Below are positions 60,600-64,000 of a stretch of 64,000 nucleotides of DNA, piece by piece. The translations under genes were made by a program, and so were the position numbers. The stretch's first letter is position 1. Every line of letters begins with the position of its first letter. A model generated the notes under the pieces. That model searched no databases, had not been told where the DNA came from, and saw only the letters and a program-made list of their open reading frames with translations. Origin of the DNA: Albugo candida (taxonomy: Eukaryota); NCBI GenBank assembly GCA_040437565.1, contig JBDOQK010000015.1, positions 434,001-498,000 of the forward strand. The letters run 5' to 3'.

Positions 60600-63100
60600 T
60601 TGGGACTGAAGCTGTCTCTTACAGATGGACCAGTGACCGTGCTCTCACTTGTATATATCATACCCAACGCCTCGTACCACAAGACGGGAAAGCTCTATCC
60701 GATAAATTGTATGGAATTGTATGAACAATATGTAGGTAATTGATTGTTCGATCGAAGGCTGGGTATATGTCGTCTCGCTGGCTAGAAGCTGTCAAATAAA
60801 CTCAACCATTTCATTTGGAGCTGAATTGTGGTGCGAAACCATCTGTTGTGCTCTATCAATTGCTTACTGTTCTGTTCAGAGGTGATGGCATCGATGCGCC
60901 ACTCTTTCACGTATCTATTGCGATCCAGGTAGAATCAGATTTACTCTATCGATCAGACTGAATCATTCTTTCTGCTTAAGCAATGATATTCCAGTCAAAT
61001 GTGCTTTCGATAGCGTGAAAGAAAGCTGTCGATTATTTCCAAGGGCTACAAACGACAGAAGTACAGCTTCTTTAGGATAGTCAAGACATGAGGCAAGCAG
61101 ATCCCATCGTGCTCGCATCAGAGAGCACGGGATATGGTTTCGGACTGTTACGTCGACAGATAGCACAAGTTGCTAAGGGAATCGACTTAGTGCTCGCATG
61201 CTCCTCGTACCCATTCTGGGAAGAACGGCATCCTGTGAAACTCTCCATGTTTGAACGCAGCCGCATTCGGCTGCAAAAACAGCTTACAACGCAACTAAAA
61301 TGTCATAAACAGTCACGCTCTTTTATCCAAGCGAAGACATCTCAAGAAAACGTCCTGGCAAAGCAAATTTATCTCTTCAAGCCACAGGATAAAGTGTCTT
61401 GCATTGAAGAAAAAAGTGAGCCAAAGATGTACATACCGCTCGACCAGCAAAACTGATCTAAAGACAAAACGGCTTCTTTTCGACCAAAGTAAGAAGCGTT
61501 TAAATGAAAATACGAAGAGCTGAAGTGGAGGAAAAACTCATGCCTATGAAGAAGAGAAGGAAATGCGTAAATTGCTTTGAGAAGAAGAATACGGGCCAGG
61601 AAGCAGCTCGCCAAAGAAGAAGCCAGCAAGAACGGGTTGCGACGCAAAATTTTCCAAGAAAACACGATGGATGTGGTCAAACCGAAAGTTAACGTTCGTC
61701 AACGCACTCAAGAGCGTGAACGCGAGTTGGATGCTTGTCGCTGTCTAGAACCAAGGACTCGGGACTTTCTTCGGCTGGAATTTCTCGCCCAAACGTATTA
61801 CGAAATGAAATCTTCTTCCATGGCACCGATTGTGTGAGACAACGAACATAATCGAATGTACAAGCTGATGGCGGACGCGACCACATTTCCTGAGCGCTTT
61901 CTGAGCTGTGATGAAGCAATCGTTTTCCAGACACATTGCATATGGATGTGCTCTTCATTTGGGACACATTATCAACATTCTCTCGATCAGCTTGAACTCG
62001 TTCTAATGCCTTCGCTTCACTTATTCGCCTCAGTTCTCTTCCTGCAGGACGGTTCCAGCTCTACGGGTGACTCGAAGGTTAAGAAAATGAGTTTGGTTTA
62101 CCAGCACTTTGGCTTCCATGCGCTGTGTTGGAATATTTGTTGGCAGAATACTATCCAAATATCAATACTGGCATTTCTCCTATGGATTCCAATCGCTCGC
62201 GGCCCTGAATTTGATGCTGCGGCCCGGAAATCGCTCGCACGATTATGTTACAGCAACGGGAAAACACTTTACATCAGAAGACGCATCACTCAAAGCGCTA
62301 CGTGATGAGAATTTCGCGTCAGTCATTACAAAGAACTCTCACTCGAGAATCTCTATGGCTGTAAGAGTGTTGTGATGATACAGCCTCTAAAGAACGTGGT
62401 ACAGTTAACAAAAGATTCCAAGAGCGCCCTTAAAGGCATTTCATATTCAGTCGAATCGATTTAAACAGAATTCATTCTTGCGGTCAATTCTTTCATGACG
62501 CTTAAAATGCTTCGAAAAAGTATATGAATATAGTGAGAAATCGGAGCCCTATGATCTTTGCTGAGTAAAGAATGGTCTCTTTTTGATGACCAGGAAACCA
62601 TTACTTTTAGTGACAGCTCCACGACACGAGCCTGCATGCAATTCGTTCGTCTTTTCCGATCCAAAGAGGTCGCAAGTCCACTCAATCATTCGCTAGATGC
62701 GTCCAATCACTACAATACCCGTATGATCACAGAGCCTATGGATCTGAGCATACGTGGAAAAGCTGGAAGATAGCGAGTACACAATCGACAATTTTAACCA
62801 GGAATTCGACATGGACACGCTTGTGGACGACGTGCATCTCGTGACGAAGAATGTTTTGTTGTACAATTCTATGCACGCAGAAATCTCGCGTATGGCAATC
62901 AACTCTCGTCCATATTTGATCGATTTCTTCGGAAAACTGATAGAAACGCAAAGAATTGCAACAGAGGGTCAGTGTCGAGCATGTGGAAAGCGAGAAGCTG
63001 CTACAATGTTATCCATTTGGACGCCCCTTTCCATTCGTTCTGTATCCGCCCGGCCGTCAAAGAAGCTTCAGCATATTGTAATCGTGGCTCATGTGAGAAT
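60600..63100 (+). pseudogene. Decayed chromatin-regulator gene (FYRN/FYRC, coiled coil, bromodomain and PHD remnants)
   Basis: Short ORFs in shifting frames: GPVTVLSLVYIIPNASYHKTGKLYPIN (FYRN-like), STGYGFGLLRRQIAQV (FYRC-like), ITEPMDLS / EKLEDSEY...DDVHLVTKNVLLYN (bromodomain split by a frameshift), and CRACGK / PFHSFCIRP (PHD split by a frameshift). Boundaries approximate. Confidence 0.65.
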
Positions 63101-64000
63101 CAAAAGATGACGCTCCTACTCACAACAGAAGATGTTTCCGAAGACGCCAATCGACTTTCGGAAGCGATTGTATGACTATAGAAAGAAAGTTACTCGCTTT
63201 TGAGTCTGAAAGATCGAATTTACACTTCACGGATATTATGCTATGCGATCTTGTGATTTGGTCCGATTCCGTACGAAGAATGTATCAATCGATCGAGGAG
63301 ACCATCGAAAACACGCGGAAAAAGCGGTTGGAGCCGTCACAAACACCTTCATGGGCTCCATTTAGTGGGAGATTACGATATCGCTTGTAAATCCTTCTTC
63401 CCCGACACGTCTGGACCTCCTGCGAGCTGTCTGAAACCATTTTCTGGGAAAATTTCGCCTTATTTGAAAATTTGAGTGCAAAGTTTCACCTGCAATGTTT
63501 CGAGTTTTTGACGAGCAAATGCTTATCGAAACGTATGGCGATTTGTATATCAAAACGACTTAGCAGATCACCCGAAAATGCTTTTACTGCTACGTCATCG
63601 AAGAACCGCTCGAAAAGTATCAACGCTCCTTTTTGACTCTTGGACGCACTTCCAACTCCTTAGATGGTCCTCCAATTGTCAGCTGTTTTACACAAAGTTC
63701 ATCACTCCTCATGATGAGTGTAACCTACGTCAAGAAATTCTTCGCCGCCATGGGAATAACCCTTGTCGGCAAATTGCGCTTGCACGTCGGAGAAAGAGTC
63801 TCACAATTACTGATTGTACAGCCCGAATGGACTCCTCCTAATACGTTGCTTTCACTCCATTTTTTTATATTGGGACATTACGCTCCTTACGAGAGATTGA
63901 TGTGGATCGCAGCAAGTACAGTTCCAACTTGAGTCATGGGCGCCTGTTTTTTGATTGTTTGCCTTCTCACGACGTCAAAAACCTCGGAATCAAAGTCGAT

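Noticed and set aside
63400-64000. Short ORFs at the window end
   Set aside because: No motifs. They may be more pseudogene debris or the end of a gene outside the window, so no call can be supported.

Overview
Eukaryotic, very gene-dense 64-kb scaffold segment with short GT-AG introns (45-65 nt where traced), most consistent with an oomycete, probably an Albugo-like compact genome (taxon inferred from gene content and promoter motif). About 17 protein-coding loci lie in a near-alternating divergent/convergent layout: an OB-fold protein, a small membrane protein, UBE2J/Ubc6, a TFIIIC110-like WD40 protein with a 128/126-bp tandem array, a GRIP golgin, DNA polymerase alpha, a multi-exon PA-ankyrin-SAPS-PH fusion, two hypotheticals, a giant kinase, a CARMIL-like LRR protein, Rpp21, a DHX57-like helicase, an MIT-bearing 1,3-beta-glucan synthase, a secreted protein, NEMF/Rqc2, an SDP1/TGL4-like lipase and a decayed FYR/bromodomain/PHD gene. 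Ten 100-N gaps are flanked by duplicated sequence, most likely unmerged contig or haplotype overlaps, and these split several ORFs artificially. Best candidates for new biology: (1) a secreted protein with a C-terminal NLS-like motif and an apparently degenerate nucleoside-hydrolase fold (the HopQ1/XopQ fold) in a local gene-sparse pocket; (2) one polypeptide joining both PP6 regulatory module types (ankyrin + SAPS) with PA and PH domains; (3) a possible kinase-pseudophosphatase fusion; (4) a possible TPP1/Est3 homologue. All domain calls are by-eye motif recognition, not database searches. No RNA genes, CRISPR arrays or mobile elements could be supported.
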